A program made the translations under genes and the position numbers. From NCBI GenBank assembly GCA_973895155.1, contig OZ316898.1:20781292-20845291 (forward strand): a DNA stretch of 64,000 nucleotides, given 5' to 3'. Below the pieces are notes generated by a model. It did not search any database, was not told the origin of the DNA, and saw nothing but the letters and a program-made list of their open reading frames with translations. This document shows, piece by piece, positions 62,664 through 64,000 of this stretch (its first letter is position 1; the number at the start of each line of letters is the position of its first letter). Source of the stretch: Marsupella aquatica. Its lineage: Eukaryota > Plantae > Marchantiophyta.

Positions 62664-64000
62664 TCAAAGGCATTTCCCGCCCTGTTCCCTTGGCTCGATC
62701 ATCAGCAGAGTAACCCAAGATTGCAAGGCTTGGTTGTCTCGGGTTGCCTCCTCCGCCTCGTTGGAGATCTTGTCTACCTCGGCTTGCAGACATGCCACCC
62801 TGTGGTTGAGGTTACCAATCATTTTAAGGTTGGTCTGATGTTGCGCCAACCACTTAATATCCTGATCCAAGGTGATGGTATTCACTTGCTGAGCAGCTTG
62901 CCCAAACTGGCTGTTCAGGTCGGTTAGAATCTTAACCCAAGCCGCCAACTCCTCCTCAAGCCAAGCCATGACAGCCTTCTGCCCTTTAAGGTTCTCTTGA
63001 ACCTTAAGCAGTTCTTGATTTAGTCCATCCAATTGATCTGAGACGCAGACAAAATCCCCTTGGGTGGGTGTTTCCGCCGACTCTAGGTGCTCCACAGTCA
63101 TTTGGAGGGCCCCAATCTCATTTCCCTTGGCCATGAGTTCCTCTTGCACGAGGGTCATAAGCCGCTGATGATGCTCCAACATGAAGAAGGCTGGTTGGAA
63201 GTGGTTTGTGACCTGGCAAACTACAATCTTTGCTAGGTCCACCAAAATACGTACTCTGACTAAACCTTTGCACCAACTTGTGGGCTAAGGTTCCGGGTAC
63301 CACTTGGTACTTCTCATCCACGGTTTGAGCCAGAACATAAGGCTCCTCCATGGGTGGGACTACCGTTTCCTCAGTAGTCCGCAAGGGAGAGGGAATGGGA
63401 TCCATAGTGGGCGGTGGAATCGGAGTTGGTCGGGTTGGAGATAGCTGGGTCACAACAACAGGGGAAGGTGGCACGTGGGTGCCATTGGTCAAAATGGTCC
63501 CAAATGGGGTAGACGGGGTAGGTGGGGGAGCCGGTTGTGGCGGACTAAGAGCGCAATTTATCTGTGGTGCAGCCGGTTCATTTGCTGTACTACTAGGGGC
63601 GGGACAGGCGCAGGCCGAGGTCAAGGTTGCGGTATTCTTCCCCTTGACCTTGCGCCTTTGCTTGTACCACTCCAGGATGATCACAATGTGGCTCCCAAGG
63701 TAGGCGGGGAGGTAGGTCTTTCCGCCAATATGCAGGCCCGTCTTAGTTCGCTTAAGCTTCCCCAAGAAATGGCTGCCAAAGAACTTTAGGGTTTAAGGCC
63801 CAATTCCACTTCTTGCATTGCTCCACCTGCATAATAGTGCACAGGGAGATCTTGGATCAAGGCTCGATTATGTGTAAGGTGGTCTTGATGAAGTCAAGTT
63901 GATCGATACAGACCAGATTGATACAAGAGCCTTGCTTGTACCCGTTGTCTATTTTACCCTTGGGGTTGAAATGTCGGGGCACATAGTTACTCCTTATCCC
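62664..64000 (-). mobile_element. 3' accessory ORF region of another degenerate gypsy-like element, continuing beyond the window
   Basis: The 63118-63765 ORF (LGSHIVIILE, Pro-rich) is frameshifted into the 62664-63245 coiled-coil ORF, the same layout as 10156-11823. LTR-like sequence at ~61750-62450 has unresolved boundaries. Confidence 0.5.

Overview
Eukaryotic, intron-containing, TE-rich DNA. It is most likely from a non-seed land plant such as a bryophyte (inferred from gene structure, TTTAGGG repeats and retroelement types). 1-5923 is the 3' part of a degenerate Ty3/gypsy LTR retrotransposon. Its single reading frame runs protease - DNMT3-like C5 cytosine methyltransferase - [TAG CAA TCA, a TMV-type leaky-stop context] - RT - RNase H - integrase - PHD finger, so it appears to carry its own methylation writer and histone reader. 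8218-21602 is a young, complete 13.4-kb non-chromovirus Ty3/gypsy element on the minus strand (1.86-kb LTRs, GTATG TSD). It has small leader ORFs, a long accessory frame collinear with pol, and an RPA70-C-like zinc/OB-fold gene inside each LTR. Host genes are a BZW/eIF5-mimic (W2) gene with intronic C/D snoRNA candidates, eIF2-gamma, a SKIP1/FBW2-like F-box/LRR gene and a Gemin2-like pseudogene. The remainder is MITE/foldback remnants, tandem repeats, a solo LTR and the edge of a third gypsy-like element. All domain calls were made by eye from motifs; no searches were run.
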